A DNA stretch of 55,622 nt from Nemertoderma westbladi (GCA_032718475.1 JAUCBJ010006374.1:1-55622), one strand, 5' to 3'; positions 1-16,900 are shown, counted from the first letter of the stretch. A program made the numbers and translations. Notes: a model not told the origin generated them from the sequence alone.

Positions 1-817
1 AGCTGTTATGCTTTACAGGAAACTAAAAGCAGCTCGAGACATGTTCCTAAAGGATAAATATTTAGCTAATATCTGCCCTGGCCCAGTTAAAGTTTCCGGA
101 GAAACCAAAGCAGTACCATATCCTTTCCAGTTACAAATTTATGAATTTAGTAAAACTGATGAGCCCGGAACTATGCCGGATGATACTCCGTCGCGGTTTG
201 CTGTTAGTAAAGTTTTGGCCTCATTGAAAGGCCGATATTCTATTACCAAAATATTTAGAAGGATGTAGTGTTTAACAGTTTTACTTACATGGACGTGTCA
301 TGCTGATCTATAATTATAGAACATAGTGTATTTTTTTCCAAGCCATATTATAATTGAACAATTTAGGTCTTTCGATCACCCATGTTCCTTAAAAATAATC
401 TAAGATAATATTAGCACCATTTTCTATTTCAGAATATGTTATCATTATTAAGCAGTTATTTTGTGTAAAACGATAAATTAAATTAGACACGAACAGTGTA
501 TTTCATATGATTAAAGTTTGAATTTAAAGCCGCTCATTAACTATTGTTACTAGAAAAAATGTAAACTCAGCTTCAATAAACGATCTGATATTGTACCTTC
601 TCCGCAGTAAAAGTTAAAACGCTAATACTGGGGTTGCTGCTATAAATAAAATACCGGAGTGAAAGTCATACAATAGAATCCGTTTGCTTTGGTACTGGTA
701 GTAATATCAAGAGAGTAATTCAGACACAATACCGGTACAGCCTAATACATAATTATATGTATGATATATATGAAATAATATATGATATGTTATGATATAA
801 TATAATATAATGTAATA

Positions 818-877
818 TTTATTTATATATAACGTAATTTTATATCATACTTCCAGCTGGAGTTATTTTAATTTATT
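818..877 (-). other. Candidate polyadenylation signals (AATAAA at 872-877 and 818-823) of the giant gene
   Basis: Plus-strand TTTATT about 290-350 nt downstream of the stop; the region is very AT-rich, so chance occurrence is possible. Confidence 0.4.
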
Positions 878-1169
878 TAATTATATTATTTTAAAAATTC
901 AGTAAACCTGGTATGATATTATACTGCATATAACAAGCACCATTAACATTCCGTTATTATTGATACGTTGTATTAAATAATACCTATTGGTAATACTGAA
1001 AATATATTTTCCACAGCCTAACCATGTAGTATTGATTTTGTAACTTATGGTTACGTCACATGTGGACTGATTACTCAATATTATTCTTAAGATGACATAA
1101 CAATGGGAAATAACAACTAATCTTATAAAGTTATTTCGAACTCTTATCATAGTTAAATATATTATCAAC

Positions 1170-4100
1170 TCAATCTATTTTCTGACAGGTTTCACCATTC
1201 CCTGCGTAGCCATCAATGCAAGTGCAAAAGAATCCACCATCAGCATCTGTACAATTGGCATTGATATCACAATTATGTGCATCAGCGTTGCATTCGTCCA
1301 CATTTGTACATGTAAATCCATCTCCAGTATATCCCATTATACAAGCACAAACATTTGTTCCAATAAAATTTAAGCAAATTGCGTTATCATCGCATAAACT
1401 ACAAAAATTTATAACATCACAGGTAGTTAATCCGTCTCCATCATATCCATCTTTACACTTACAGTTAAAACTCCCATTAGTATCAGTACAGATTGCATTA
1501 ACATGACAGTTATGGTTATCTTCAACACATTCATTTATGTTAGCACATATTGTACCAGTCATTCTGTAGCCACTGTGACAAGTGCAGATGTAGCTTCCCT
1601 CTGTATCAGCACAATCTGAATTGTCATCACATGAATCTAAATTTTGACTGCATTCATCCACATTGATGCAACTTTCTCCATTTCCACTATATCCCAAATT
1701 GCAAGTACAACTATATCCACCACCAACATCTGTGCAATATGCATTTAAATGGCAATTGTCTGAATTTTCTTCGCATTCATTTGTGTCTGTACAAGTAAAA
1801 CCATCACCAGTAAATCCATTAACACATATACATATATGTGTTCCATGAGAATTTAAACAAACAGCATTTATGTCACATTTATCATAACCCAATAAACACT
1901 CATTTACATCATCACAATTCGTTAAGCCATCTCCATCATATCCATCTTTACACTTGCAGTTAAAACTCCCATTAGTATCAGTACAGATTGCATTAACATG
2001 ACAGTTATGGTTATCTTCATCACATTCATTTATGTTAGCACATATTGTACCAGTCATTCTGTAGCCACTGTGACAAGTGCAGATGTAGCTTCCCTCTGTA
2101 TCAGCACAATCTGAATTGTCATCACATGAATCTAAATTTTGACTGCATTCATCCACATTGATGCAACTTTCTCCATTTCCACTATATCCCAAATTGCAAG
2201 TACAACTATATCCACCACCAACATCTGTGCAATATGCATTTAAATGGCAATTGTCTGAATTTTCTTCGCATTCATTTGTGTCTGTACAAGTAAAACCATC
2301 ACCAGTAAATCCATTAACACATATACATATATGTGTTCCATGAGAATTTAAACAAACAGCATTTATGTCACATTTATCATAACCCAATAAACACTCATTT
2401 ACATCATCACAATTCGTTAAGCCATCTCCATCATATCCATCTTTACAGTTGCAGTTAAAACTTACATTAGTATCAGTACAGATTGCATTAATGTGACAGT
2501 TATGGATATCTTCATCACATTCATTTATGTTAGCACATATTGTACCAGTCATTCTGTAGCCACTGTGACAAGTGCAGATGTAGCTTCCCTCTGTATCAGC
2601 ACAATCTGAATTGTCATCACATGAATCTAAATTTTGACTGCATTCATCCACATTGACGCAACTTTCTCCATTTCCACTATATCCCAAATTGCAAGTACAA
2701 CTATATCCACCACCAACATCTGTGCAATATGCATTTAAATGGCAATTGTCTAAATTTTCTTCGCATTCATTTGTGTCTGTACAAGTAAAACCATCACCAG
2801 TAAATCCATTAACACATATACATATATGTGTTCCATGAGAATTTAAACAAACAGCATTTATGTCACATTTATCATAACCCAATAAACACTCATTTACATC
2901 ATCACAATTCGTTAAGCCATCTCCATCATATCCATCTTTACACTTGCAGTTAAAACTTCCATTAGTATCAGTACAGATTGCATTAACATGACAGTTATGG
3001 TTATCTTCATCACATTCATTTATGTTAGCACATATTGTACCAGTCATTCTGTAGCCACTGTGACAAGTGCAGATGTAGCTTCCCTCTGTATCAGCACAAT
3101 CTGAATTGTCATCACATGAATCTAAATTTTGACTGCATTCATCCACATTGACGCAACTTTCTCCATTTCCACTATATCCCAAATTGCAAGTACAACTATA
3201 TCCACCACCAACATCTGTGCAATATGCATTTAAATGGCAATTGTCTAAATTTTCTTCGCATTCATTTGTGTCTGTACAAGTAAAACCATCACCAGTAAAT
3301 CCATTAACACATATACATATATGTGTTCCATGAGAATTTAAACAAACAGCATTTATGTCACATTTATCATAACCCAATAAACACTCATTTACATCGTCAC
3401 AATTCGTTAAGCCATCTCCATCATATCCATCTTTACAGTTGCAGTTAAAACTTCCATTAGTATCAGTACAGATTGCATTAATGTGACAGTTATGGATATC
3501 TTCATCACATTCATTTATGTTAGCACATGTTGTACCAGTCATTCTGTAGCCACTGTGGCAGGTGCAGATGTAGCTTCCCTCTGTATCAGCACAATCTGAA
3601 TTTTTATCACATGACTCTAAATTTTGACTGCATTCATCCACATTGACGCAACTTTCTCCATTTCCACTATATCCCATGTTGCAAATGCAACTAAATCCAC
3701 CATCAACATTTGTACAGTATGCATTAATATGGCAATTGTCTAAATTTGCTTCGCATTCATTTGTGTCTGTGCAAGTAAAACCATCACCAGTAAATCCATT
3801 AACACATGTACATATATGTGTTCCATAAGAATTTAAACAAACAGCATTTACATCGCATTTATCAGAACCCAATAAACACTCATTTACATCATCACAAGTA
3901 GTTAATCCGTCTCCATCATATCCATCTTTACACTTACAGTTAAAACTTCCCTTAGTATCACTACAGATTGCATTAACATGACAGTTATGGTTATCTTCTT
4001 CACATTCATTTATGTTAGCACATGTAGTACCAGTCATTCTGTAGCCACTGTGACAAGTGCAGATGTAGCTTCCCTCTGTATCAGCACAATCTGAATTGTC

Positions 4101-4995
4101 ATCACATGAATCTAAATATTGACTGCATTCATCCACATTGACGCAACTTTCTCCATTTCCACTATATCCCAAGTTGCAGGTACAACTAAATCCACCACCA
4201 ACCTCTGAACAGTATGCATTAACATGACAATTGTCCAAATTTGATTCACATTCATTTGTGTCTGTGCAGGTAAAACCATCACCACTAAATCCATTTATAC
4301 AGAAACATATGTGTGTTCCATAAGAATTAAAACAAACAGCATTTATATCACATTTATCAGAACCCAATAAACACTCATTTATATCATCACAAGTAGTTAA
4401 TCCATCTCCATCATATCCATCTTTACACTTGCAGTTAAAACTCCCTGTAGTATCACTACAGATTGCATTATCATGACAGTTATGAATATCTTCATCACAT
4501 TCATTTATATTTGCACATATAGTACCAGTCATTCTATATCCATTGTGGCAGGTGCAGATGTAGCTTCCCTCTGAATCAGCACAATCTGAATTTTTATCAC
4601 ATAAATCTAAATTTTGGCTGCATTCATCCACATTGACGCAACTTTCTCCATTTCCACGATATCCCAAGTTGCAAGTGCAACTAAATCCACCATCAACATT
4701 TGTACAGTATGCATTAATATGGCAATTGTCTAAATTTGCTTCGCATTCATTTGTGTCTGTGCAGGTAAAACCATCCCCAGTAAATCCATTAACACATACA
4801 CATATATGCGTTCCATATGAATTATAACAAACAGCATTTAAATCACATTTATCATGACCCAATAAACACTCATTTATGTCATCACAATTCGTTAATCCAT
4901 TTCCATCATATCCATCTTTACAAACACATGAAAAACTTCCAATAGTATCAGTACATATTGCATTAGAGTGGCACATATCTTGGTCACATTCATTG
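1170..4995 (-). repeat. Coding tandem repeat, 495-bp (165-aa) unit of four calcium-binding-type EGF modules, about 7.75 copies (31 EGF)
   Basis: Shadow ORFs recur at 1663, 2158, 2653, 3148, 3643 and 4633 (495-bp phase). Modules carry D/N-x-D/N-E-C and mostly C-x-D/N-x4-F/Y-x-C; one module per tetramer has H at the aromatic position. Confidence 0.95.
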
Positions 4996-7900
4996 GTGTT
5001 AATGCATGGATTTCCAGTATAGCCCTCATTACAGACACAAATGTTGTTGCCATCTATCTCAATACAGGCAGCATTTTGTTCGCAAATAGCTGGATCTGAG
5101 GTACATTCAACTACTTCTTCAGTTATAATACATGATCCTCCGTTTCCAGTGTAGCCCGGATTACAGATACAAATATCATTATTGGCAACTTCAGTACAGG
5201 CAGCATTTTGATCACAAATATTATGATCTGAAGTACAATCAACTGTATCACCAGTTTTAGTACATGTTCCTCCATTTCCTGAGTATCCCTGATTACAGAC
5301 ACAAATATCACTACCACCAACTTCTGTACAGGCAGCATTTTGGTCACAAATATTAGGACTTGAAGTACAATCAACTACTTCTTCAGTTTTAATACATATT
5401 CTTCCATTTCCTGTGTATCCCTGAATACATACACAATTGCCACTACCATCTATAACAATACAGATAGAATTTGGGTCACAAACACTATGATCTGAAGTAC
5501 AATCAACTGTATTATCAGTTTTAGTACATGTTCCTCCATTTCCTGAGTATCCCTGATTACAGACACAAATATCACTACCACCAACTTCAGTACAGGCAGC
5601 ATTTTGGTCACAAATATTAGGATCTGAAGTACAATCAACTACTTCTTCAGTTTTAATACATATTCTTCCATTTCCTGTGTATCCCTGAATACATACACAA
5701 TTGCCACTACCATCTATAACAATACAGATAGAATTTGGGTCACAAACACTATGATCTGAAGTACAATCAACTGTATTATCAGTTTTAGTACATGTTCCTC
5801 CATTTCCTGAGTATCCCTGATTACAGACACAAATATCATTATCACCAATTTCAGTACAGGCAGCATTTTCATCACAAATATTAGGACTTGAAGTACAATC
5901 AACTACTTCTTCAGTTTTAATACATATTCCTCCATTTCCTGTGTATTCCTGAATACATACACAATTGCCACTACCATCTATAACAATACAGATAGCATTT
6001 GGGTCACAAACACTAGGATCTGAAGAACAATCAACTGTATCATCAGTTTTAGTACATGTTCCTCCATTTCCTGTGTATCCCTGATTACAGACACAAATGT
6101 AATTACCACCAACTTCTGTACAGGCAGCATTTTGGTCACAAATATTAGGATCTGAAGTACAATCAACTGTATTTTCAGTACATGTTCTACCATTTCCTGT
6201 ATATCCCTGTTTACAGACACAAATATCACTTCCACCAACTTCCGTACAGGCACCATTTTCATCACAAATATTAGGACTTGAAGAACAATCAACTACTTCT
6301 TCAGTTTTAATACATATTCCCCCATTTCCTGTGTATCCCTGATTACAGACACAAATATCATTGCTACCAACTTCAGTACAGGCAGCATTTTCATCACAAA
6401 TATTCGGATCAGAATTACAATCCACTACTTCTTCCGTTTTAATACATGTTCCTCCGTTTCCTGTGTATCCCTGAATACATACACAAATGCCACTACCATC
6501 TATAACAATACAGATAGCATTTGGGTCACAAACACTAGGATCTGAAGTACAGTCAACTGTATCATCAGTTTTAGTACATGTTCCTCCATTTCCTGAGTAT
6601 CCCTGATTACAGACACAAATATCATTACCACCAACTTCAGTACAGCCAGCATTTTGGTCACAAATATTAGGACTTGAAGTACAATCAACCACTTCTTCAG
6701 TTTTAATACATATTCCTCCATTTCCTGTGTATCCCTGATTACAGACACAAATATCATTACCACCAACTTCAGTACAGCCAGCATTTTGGTCACAAATATT
6801 AGGACTTGAAGTACAATCAACCACATCTTCAGTTTTAATACATATTCCTCCATTTCCTGTGTATCCCTGATTACAGACACAAATATCATTATCACCAACT
6901 TCTGTACAGGCAGCATTTTCATCACAAATATTAGGACTTGAAGTACAATCAACCACTTCTTCAGTTTTAATACATATTCCTCCATTTCCTGTGTATCCCT
7001 GATTACAGACACAAATATCATTATCACCAACTTCAGTACAGGCAGCATTTTCATCACAAATATTAGGACTTGAAGAACAATCAACTACTTCTTCAGTTTT
7101 AATACATATTCTTCCATTTCCTGTGTATCCCTGAATACATACACAATTGCCACTACCATCTATAACAATACAGATAGCATTTGGGTCACAAACACTAGGA
7201 TCTGAAGTACAGTCAACTGTATCATCAGTTTTAGTACATGTTCCTCCATTTCCTGAGTATCCCTGATTACAGACACAAATATCATTATCACCAACTTCAG
7301 TACAGGCAGCATTTTCATCACAAATATTAGGACTTGAAGAACAATCAACTACTTCTTCAGTTTTAATACATATTCCCCCATTTCCTGTGTATCCCTGATT
7401 ACAGACACAAATGTCATTACCACCAACTTCAGTACAGGCAGCATTTTGGTCACAAATATTAGGATCTGAAGTACAATCAACTGTATCACCAGATTTAGTA
7501 CATGTTCCTCCATTTCCTGTGTATCCCTGATTACAGACACAAATATCATTACCACCAACTTCTGTACAGGCAGCATTTTGTTCACAAATATTAGGATCTG
7601 AAGTACAATCAACTACTTCTTCAGTTTTAATACATATTCCCCCATTTCCTGTGTATCCCTGATTACAGACACAAATATCATTATCACCAACTTCTGTACA
7701 GGCAGCATTTTCATCACAAATATTAGGACTTGAAGAACAATCAACTACTTCTTCAGTTTTAATACATATTCCCCCATTTCCTGTGTATCCCTGATTACAG
7801 ACGCAAATATCATTACCACCAACTTCTGTACAGGCAGCATTTTGGTCACAAATATTAGGATCTGAAGTACAATCAACTACTTCTTCAGTTTTAATACATA

Positions 7901-10900
7901 TTCTTCCATTTCCTGTATATCCTTGAATACATACACAATTGCCACTACCATCTATAATAATACAGATAGCATTTGTGTCACAAACACTTGGATCTGAAGT
8001 ACAATCAACTGTATCATCAGTTTTAGTACATGTTCCTCCATTTCCTGAGTATCCCTGATTACAGACACAAATATCATTATCACCAACTTCAGTACAGGCA
8101 GCATTTTGGTCACAAATATTAGGATCTGAAGTACAATCAACTACTTCTTCAGTTTTAATACATATTCTTCCATTTCCTGTATATCCTTGAATACATACAC
8201 AATTGCCACTACCATCTATAATAATACAGATAGCATTTGTGTCACAAACACTTGGATCTGAAGTACAATCAACTGTATCATCAGTTTTAGTACATGTTCC
8301 TCCATTTCCTGAGTATCCCTGATTACAGACACAAATATCATTATCACCAACTTCAGTACAGGCAGCATTTTGGTCACAAATATTAGGACTTGAAGAACAA
8401 TCAACTACTTCTTCAGTTTTAATACATATTCCCCCATTTCCTGTATATCCCTGATTACAGACACAAATATCATTACCACCAACTTCTGTACAGGCAGCAT
8501 TTTGGTCACAAATATTAGGATCTGAAGTACAATCAACTATTTCTTCAGTTTTAATACATATTCTTCCATTTCCTGTGTATCCCTGAATACATACACAATT
8601 GCCACTACCATCTATAACAATACAGATAGCATTTGGGTCACAAACACTAGGATCAGAAGTACAGTCAACTGTATCATCAGTTTTAGTACATGTTCCTCCA
8701 TTTCCTGTATATCCCTGATTACAGACACAAATATCATTACCACCAATTTCTGTACAGGCAGCATTTTGGTCACAAATATTAGGATCTGAAGTACAATCAA
8801 CTGTATCATCAGTTTTAGTACATGTTCCTCCATTTCCTGAGTATCCCTGATTACAGACACAAATATCATTATCACCAACTTCTGTACAGGCAGCATTTTG
8901 GTCACAAATATTCGGATCAGAAGTACAATCAACTGTATCATCAGTTTTAGTACATGTTCCTCCATTTCCTGAGTATCCCTGATTACAGACACAAATATCA
9001 TTACCACCAATTTCTGTACAGGCAGCATTTTGGTCACAAATATTAGGATCTGAAGTACAATCAACTGTATCATCAGTTTTAGTACATGTTCCTCCATTTC
9101 CTGAGTATCCCTGATTACAGACACAAATATCATTACCACCAACTTCTGTACAGGCAGCATTTTGGTCACAAATATTAGGACTTGAAGTACAATCAACTAC
9201 TTCTTCAGTTTTAATACATATTCTTCCATTTCCTATGTATCCCTGAATACATACACAATTGCTACTACCATCTATAACAATACAGATAGCATTTGGGTCA
9301 CAAACACTAGGATGAGAAGTACAGTCAACTGTATCATCAGTTTTAGTACATGTTCCTCCATTTCCTGTATATGCCTGATTACAGACACAAATATCATTAT
9401 CACCAACTTCAGTACAGGCAGCATTTTCATCACAAATATTAGGACTTGAAGAACAATCAACTACTTCTTCAGTTTTAATACATATTCCCCCATTTCCTGT
9501 ATATCCCTGATTACAGACACAAATATCATTACCACCAACTTCTGTACAGGCAGCATTTTCATCACAAATATTAGGATCTGAAGTACAATCAACTATTTCT
9601 TCAGTTTTAATACATATTCTTCCATTTCCTGTGTATCCCTGAATACATACACAGTTGCCACTACCCTCTATAATAATACAGATAGCATTTGGGTCACAAA
9701 CACTTGGATCTGAAGTACAATCAACTGTATCATCAGTTTTAGTACATGTTCCTCCATTTCCTGTATATCCCTGATTACAGACACAAATATCATTACCACC
9801 AATTTCTGTACAGGCAGCATTTTGGTCACAAATATTAGGATCTGAAGTACAATCAACTGTATCATCAGTTTTAGTACATGTTCCTCCATTTCCTGTATAT
9901 CCCTGATTACAGACACAAATATCATTACCACCAACTTCTGTACAGGCAGCATTTTCATCACAAATATTAGGACTTGAAGTACATTCAACTACTTCTTCAG
10001 TTTTAATACATATTCCCCCATTTCCTGTATATCCCTGATTACAGACACAAATATCATTACCACCAACTTCAGTACAGGCAGCATTTTCATCACAAATATT
10101 AGGACTTGAAGTACATTCAACTACTTCTTCAGTTTTAATACATATTCCCCCATTTCCTGTATATCCCTGATTACAGACACAAATATCATTACCACCAACT
10201 TCAGTACAGGCAGCATTTTCATCACAAATATTAGGACTTGAAGAACAATCAACTACTTTTTCAGTTTTAATACATATTCCCCCATTTCCTGAGTATCCCT
10301 GATTACAGACACAAATATCATTATCACCAACTTCAGTACAGGCAGCATTTCCATCACAAATATTAGGACTTGAAGTACAATCAACTACTTCTTCGGTTTT
10401 AATACATATTCTTCCATTTCCTGTGTATCCCTGAATACATACACAATTGCCACTACCATCTATAACAATACAGATAGCATTTGGGTCACAAACACTTAGA
10501 TCTGAAGTACAATCAACTGTATCATCAGTTTTAGTACATGTTCCTCCATTTCCTGTATATCCCTGATTACAGACACAAATATCATTACGACCAATTTCTG
10601 TACAGGCAGCATTTTGGTCACAAATATTAGGATCTGAAGTACAATCAACTGTATCATCAGTTTTAGTACATGTTCCTCCATTTCCTGTATATCCCTGATT
10701 ACAGACACAAATATCATTATCACCAACTTCAGTACAGGCAGCATTTTCATCACAAATATTATGACTTGAAGAACAATCAACTACTTCTTCAGTTTTAATA
10801 CATATTCCCCCATTTCCTGTGTATCCCTGATTACAGACACAAATATCATTACCACCAACTTCAGTACAGGCAGCATTTTGGTCACAAATATTAGGATCTG

Positions 10901-13900
10901 AAGTACAATCAACTACTTCTTCAGTTTTAATACATATTCTTCCATTTCCTGTGTATCCCTGAATACATACACAATTGCCACTACCATCTATAACAATACA
11001 GATAGCATTTGGGTCACAAACACTAGGTTCTGAAGTACAGTCAACTGTATCATCAGTTTTAGTACATGTTCCCCCATTTCCTGTATATCCCTGATTACAG
11101 ACACAAATGTAATTAACACCAACTTCAGTACAGGCAGCATTTTGGTCACAAATATTAGGACTTGAAGTACAATCAACTACTTCTTCAGTGTTAATACATA
11201 TTCCTCCATTTCCTGTGTATCCCTGATTACAGACACAAATATCATTACGACCAATTTCTGTACAGGCAGCATTTTGGTCACAAATATTAGGATCTGAAGT
11301 ACAATCAACTGTATCATCAGTTTTAGTACATGTTCCTCCATTTCCTGTATATCCCTGATTACAGACACAAATATCATTATCACCAACTTCAGTACAGGCA
11401 GCATTTTCATCACAAATATTAGGACTTGAAGAACAATCAATTACTTCTTCAGTTTTAATACATATTCCCCCATTTCCTGTGTATCCCTGATTACAGACAC
11501 AAATATCATTACCACCAACTTCAGTACAGGCAGCATTTTCATCACAAATATTAGGACTTGAAGAACAATCAACTACTTCTTCAGTTTTAATACATATTCC
11601 CCCATTTCCTGTGTATCCCTGATTACAGACACAAATATCATTACCACCAACTTCTGTACAGGCAGCATTTTGGTCACAAATATTAGGATCTGAAGTACAA
11701 TCAACTACTTCTTCAGTTTTAATACATATTCTTCCATTTCCTGTGTATCCCTGAATACATACACAATTGCCACTACCATCTATAACAATACAGATAGCAT
11801 TTGGGTCACAAACACTAGGATCTGAAGTACAATCAACTGTATCATCAGTTTTAGTACATGTTCCTCCATTTCCTGAGTATCCCTGATTACAGACACAAAT
11901 ATCATTATCACCAACTTCAGTACAGGCAGCATTTTCATCACAAATATTAGGACTTGAAGTACAATCAACTACTTCTTCAGTTTTAATACATATTCTTCCA
12001 TTTCCTGTGTATCCCTGAATACATACACAGTTGCCACTACCATCTATAACAATACAGATAGCATTTGGGTCACAAACACTAGGATCTGAAGTACAATCAA
12101 CTGTATCATCAGTTTTAGTACATGTTCTTCCATTTCCTGAGTATCCCTGATTACAGACACAAATATCATTATCACCAACTTCAGTACAGGCAGCATTTTG
12201 GTCACAAATATTAGGATCTGAAGTACAATCAACTACTTCTTCAGTTTTAATACATATTCTTCCATTTCCTGTATATCCTTGAATACATACACAGTTGCCA
12301 CTACCATCTATAATAATACAGATAGCATTTGTGTCACAAACACTTGGAACTGAAGTACAATCAACTGTATTATCAGTTTTAGTACATGTTCCTCCATTTC
12401 CTGTATATCCCTGATTACAGACACAAATATCACTACCACCAACTTTTGTACAGGCAGCATTTTGGTCACAAATATTAGGATCTGAAGTACAATCAACTAC
12501 TTCTTCAGTTTTAATACATATTCTTCCATTTCCTGTGTATCCCTGAATACAGACACAAATATCATTACCACCAACTTCAGTACAGGCAGCATTTTCATCA
12601 CAAATATTAGGATCTGAAGTACAATCAACTACTTCTTCAGTTTTAATACATATTCTTCCATTTCCTGTGTATCCCTGAATACAGACACAAATATCACTAC
12701 CACCAACTTCTGTACAGGCAGCATTTTGGTCACAAATATTAGGATCTGAAGTACAATCAACTACTTCTTCAGTTTTAATACATATTCCCCCATTTCCTGT
12801 GTATCCCTGATTACAGACACAAATGTAATTACCACCAACTTCAGTACAGGCAGCATTTTCATCACAAATATTAGGATCTGAAGTACAATCAACTACTTCT
12901 TCAGTTTTAATACATATTCTTCCATTTCCTGTATATCCTTGAATACATACACAGTTGCCACTACCATCTATAATAATACATATAGCATTTGTGTCACAAA
13001 CACTTGGAACTGAAGTACAATCAACTGTATTATCAGTTTTAGTACATGTTCCTCCATTTCCTGTATATCCCTGATTACAGACACAAATATCACTACCACC
13101 AACTTCTGTACAGGCAGCATTTTGGTCACAAATATTAGGATCTGAAGTACAATCAACTACTTCTTCAGTTTTAATACATATTCTTCCATTTCCTGTGTAT
13201 CCCTGAATACAGACACATATATCATTACCACCAACTTCAGTACAGGCAGCATTTTCATCACAAATATTAGGACTTGAAGAACAATCAACTACTTCTTCAG
13301 TTTTAATACATATTCCCCCATTTCCTGTGTATCCCTGATTACAGACACAAATATCATTACCACCAACTTCTGTACAGGCAGCATTTTGGTCACAAATATT
13401 AGGATCTGAAGTACAATCAACTGTATTATCAGTTTTAGTACATGTTCCTCCATTTCCTGTATATCCATTATTACAGACACAAATATCACTACCACCAACT
13501 TCTGTACAGGCAGCATTTTGGTCACAAATATTAGGATCTGAAGTACAATCAACTACTTCTTCAGTTTTAATACATATTCTTCCATTTCCTGTGTATCCCT
13601 GAATACAGACACAAATATCATTATCACCAACATCAGTACAGGCAGCATTTTCATCACAAACATTAGGACTTGAAGAACAATCAACTACTTCTTCAGTTTT
13701 AATACATATTCCCCCATTTCCTGTGTATCCCTGATTACAGACACAAATATAATTACCACCAACTTCTGTACAGGCAGCATTTTGGTCACAAATATTAGGA
13801 TCTGAAGTACAATCAACTACTTCTTCAGTTTTAATACATATTCCCCCATTTCCTGTATATCCCTGATTACAGACACAAATATCATTATCACCAACATCAG

Positions 13901-16900
13901 TACAGGCAGCATTTTCATCACAAACATTAGGACTTGAAGAACAATCAACTACTTCTTCAGTTTTAATACATATTCCCCCATTTCCTGTGTATCCCTGATT
14001 ACAGACACAAATATCATTACCACCAACTTCTGTACAGGCAGCATTTTGGTCACAAATATTAGGATCTGAAGTACAATCAACTACTTCTTCAGTTTTAATA
14101 CATATTCCCCCATTTCCTGTGTATCCCTGATTACAGACACAAATATCATTACCACCAACTTCTGTACAGGCAGCATTTTCGTCACAAATATTAGGACTTG
14201 AAGTACAATCAACTACTTCTTCAGTTTTAATACATATTCCTCCATTTCCTGTATATCCTTGAATACATACACAATTGCCACTACCATCTATAACAATACA
14301 GATAGCATTTGGGTCACAAACACTAGGATCTGAACTACAATCAACTGTATCACCAGTTTTAGTACATGTTCCTCCATTTCCTGAGTATCCCTGATTACAG
14401 ACACAAATATCATTATCACCAACTTCTGTACAGGCAGCATTTTCATCACAAATATTAGGACTTGAAGTACAATCAACTACTTCTTCAGTTTTAATACATA
14501 TTCTTCCATTTCCTATGTATCCCTGATTACAGACACAAATATCATTACCACCAACTTCTGTACAGGCAGCATTTTGGTCACAAATATTAGGATCTGAAGT
14601 ACAATCAACTACTTCTTCAGTTTTAATACATATTCTTCCATTTCCTGTGTATCCCTGATTACAGACACAAATATCATTACCACCAACTTCTGTACAGGCA
14701 GCATTTTGGTCACAAATATTAGGATCTGAAGTACAATCAACTGTATCATCAGTTTTAGTACATGTTCCTCCATTTCCTGAGTATCCCTGATTACAGACAC
14801 AAATATCATTATCACCAACTTCTGTACAGGCAGCATTTTGGTCACAAATATTAGGATCTGAAGTACAATCAACTACTTCTTCAGTTTTAATACATATTCT
14901 TCCATTTCCTGTGTATCCCTGAATACATACACAATTGCCACTACCATCTATAACAATACAGATAGCATTTGGGTCACAAACACTAGGATCTGAAGTACAG
15001 TCAACTGTATCATCAGTTTTAGTACATGTTCCTCCATTTCCTGAGTATCCCTGATTACAGACACAAATATCATTATCACCAACTTCAGTACAGGCAGCAT
15101 TTTCATCACAAATATTAGGACTTGAAGTACAATCAACTACTTCTTCAGTTTTAATACATATTCTTCCATTTCCTGTGTATCCCTGAATACATACACAATT
15201 GCCACTACCATCTATAATAATACAGATAGCATTTGGGTCACAAACACTTGGATCTGAAATACAATCAACTGTATCATCAATTTTAGTACATGTTCCTCCA
15301 TTTCCTGTATATCCCTGATTACAGACACAAATATCATTACCACCAATTTCTGTACAGGCAGCATTTTGGTCACAAATATTAGGATCTGAAGTACAATCAA
15401 CTGTATCATCAGTTTTAGTACATGTTCCTCCATTTCCTGTATATCCCTGATTACAGACACAAATATCATTACCACCAACTTCAGTACAGGCAGCATTTTG
15501 GTCACAAATATTAGGATCTGAAGTACAATCAACTGTATCATCAGTTTTAGTACATGTTCCTCCATTTCCTGAGTATCCCTGATTACAGACACAAATATCA
15601 TTATCACCAACTTCAGTACAGGCAGCATTTTCATCACAAATATTAGGACTTGAAGAACAATCAACTACTTCTTCAGTTTTAATACATATTCCCCCATTTC
15701 CTGTGTATCTCTGATTACAGACGCAAATATCATTACCACCAACTTCTGTACAGGCAGCATTTTCATCACAAATATTAGGACTTGAAGAACAATCAACTAC
15801 TTCTTCAGTTTTAATACATATTCCCCCATTTCCTGTGTATCCCTGATTACAGACACAAATATCATTACCACCAACTTCTGTACAGGCAGCATTTTGGTCA
15901 CAAATATTAGGATCTGAAGTACAATCAACTACTTCTTCAGTTTTAATACATATTCTTCCATTTCCTGTGTATCCCTGAATACATACACAATTGCCACTAC
16001 CATCTATAACAATACAGATAGCATTTGGGTCACAAACACTAGGATCTGAAGTACAATCAACTGTATCATCAGTTTTAGTACATGTTCCTCCATTTCCTGA
16101 GTATCCCTGATTACAGACACAAATATCATTATCACCAACTTCTGTACAGGCAGCATTTTGGTCACAAATATTAGGATCTGAAGTACAATCAACTACTTCT
16201 TCAGTTTTAATACATATTCTTCCATTTCCTGTGTATCCCTGAATACATACACACTTGCCACTACCATCTATAACAATACAGATAGCATTTGGGTCACAAA
16301 CACTAGGATCTGAAGTACAGTCAACTGTATCATCAGTTTTAGTACATGTTCCTCCATTTCCTGAGTATCCCTGATTACAGACACAAATATCATTATCACC
16401 AACTTCTGTACAAGCAGCATTTTGGTCACAAATATTAGGACTTGAAGTACAATCAACTACTTCTTCAGTTTTAATACATATTCTTCCATTTCCTGTGTAT
16501 CCCTGAATACATACACAATTGCCACTACCATCTATAACAATACAGATAGCATTTGGGTCACAAACACTTGGATCTGAAGTACAATCAACTGTATCATCAA
16601 ATTTAGTACATGTTCCTCCATTTCCTGTATATCCCTGATTACAGACACAAATATCATTACCACCAATTTCTGTACAGGCAGCATTTTGGTCACAAATATT
16701 AGGATCTGAAGTACAATCAACTGTATCATCAGTTTTAGTACATGTTCCTCCATTTCCTGTATATCCCTGATTACAGACACAAATATCATTACCACCAACT
16801 TCAGTACAGGCAGCATTTTGGTCACAAATATTAGGATCTGAAGTACAATCAACTACTTCTTCAGTTTTAATACATATTCTTCCATTTCCTGTGTATCCCT

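Noticed and set aside
8-740. 86-aa plus-strand ORF and several splice-like signals near the left edge
   Set aside because: No recognisable domain and no consistent exon chain; a neighbouring gene cannot be excluded but is unsupported.
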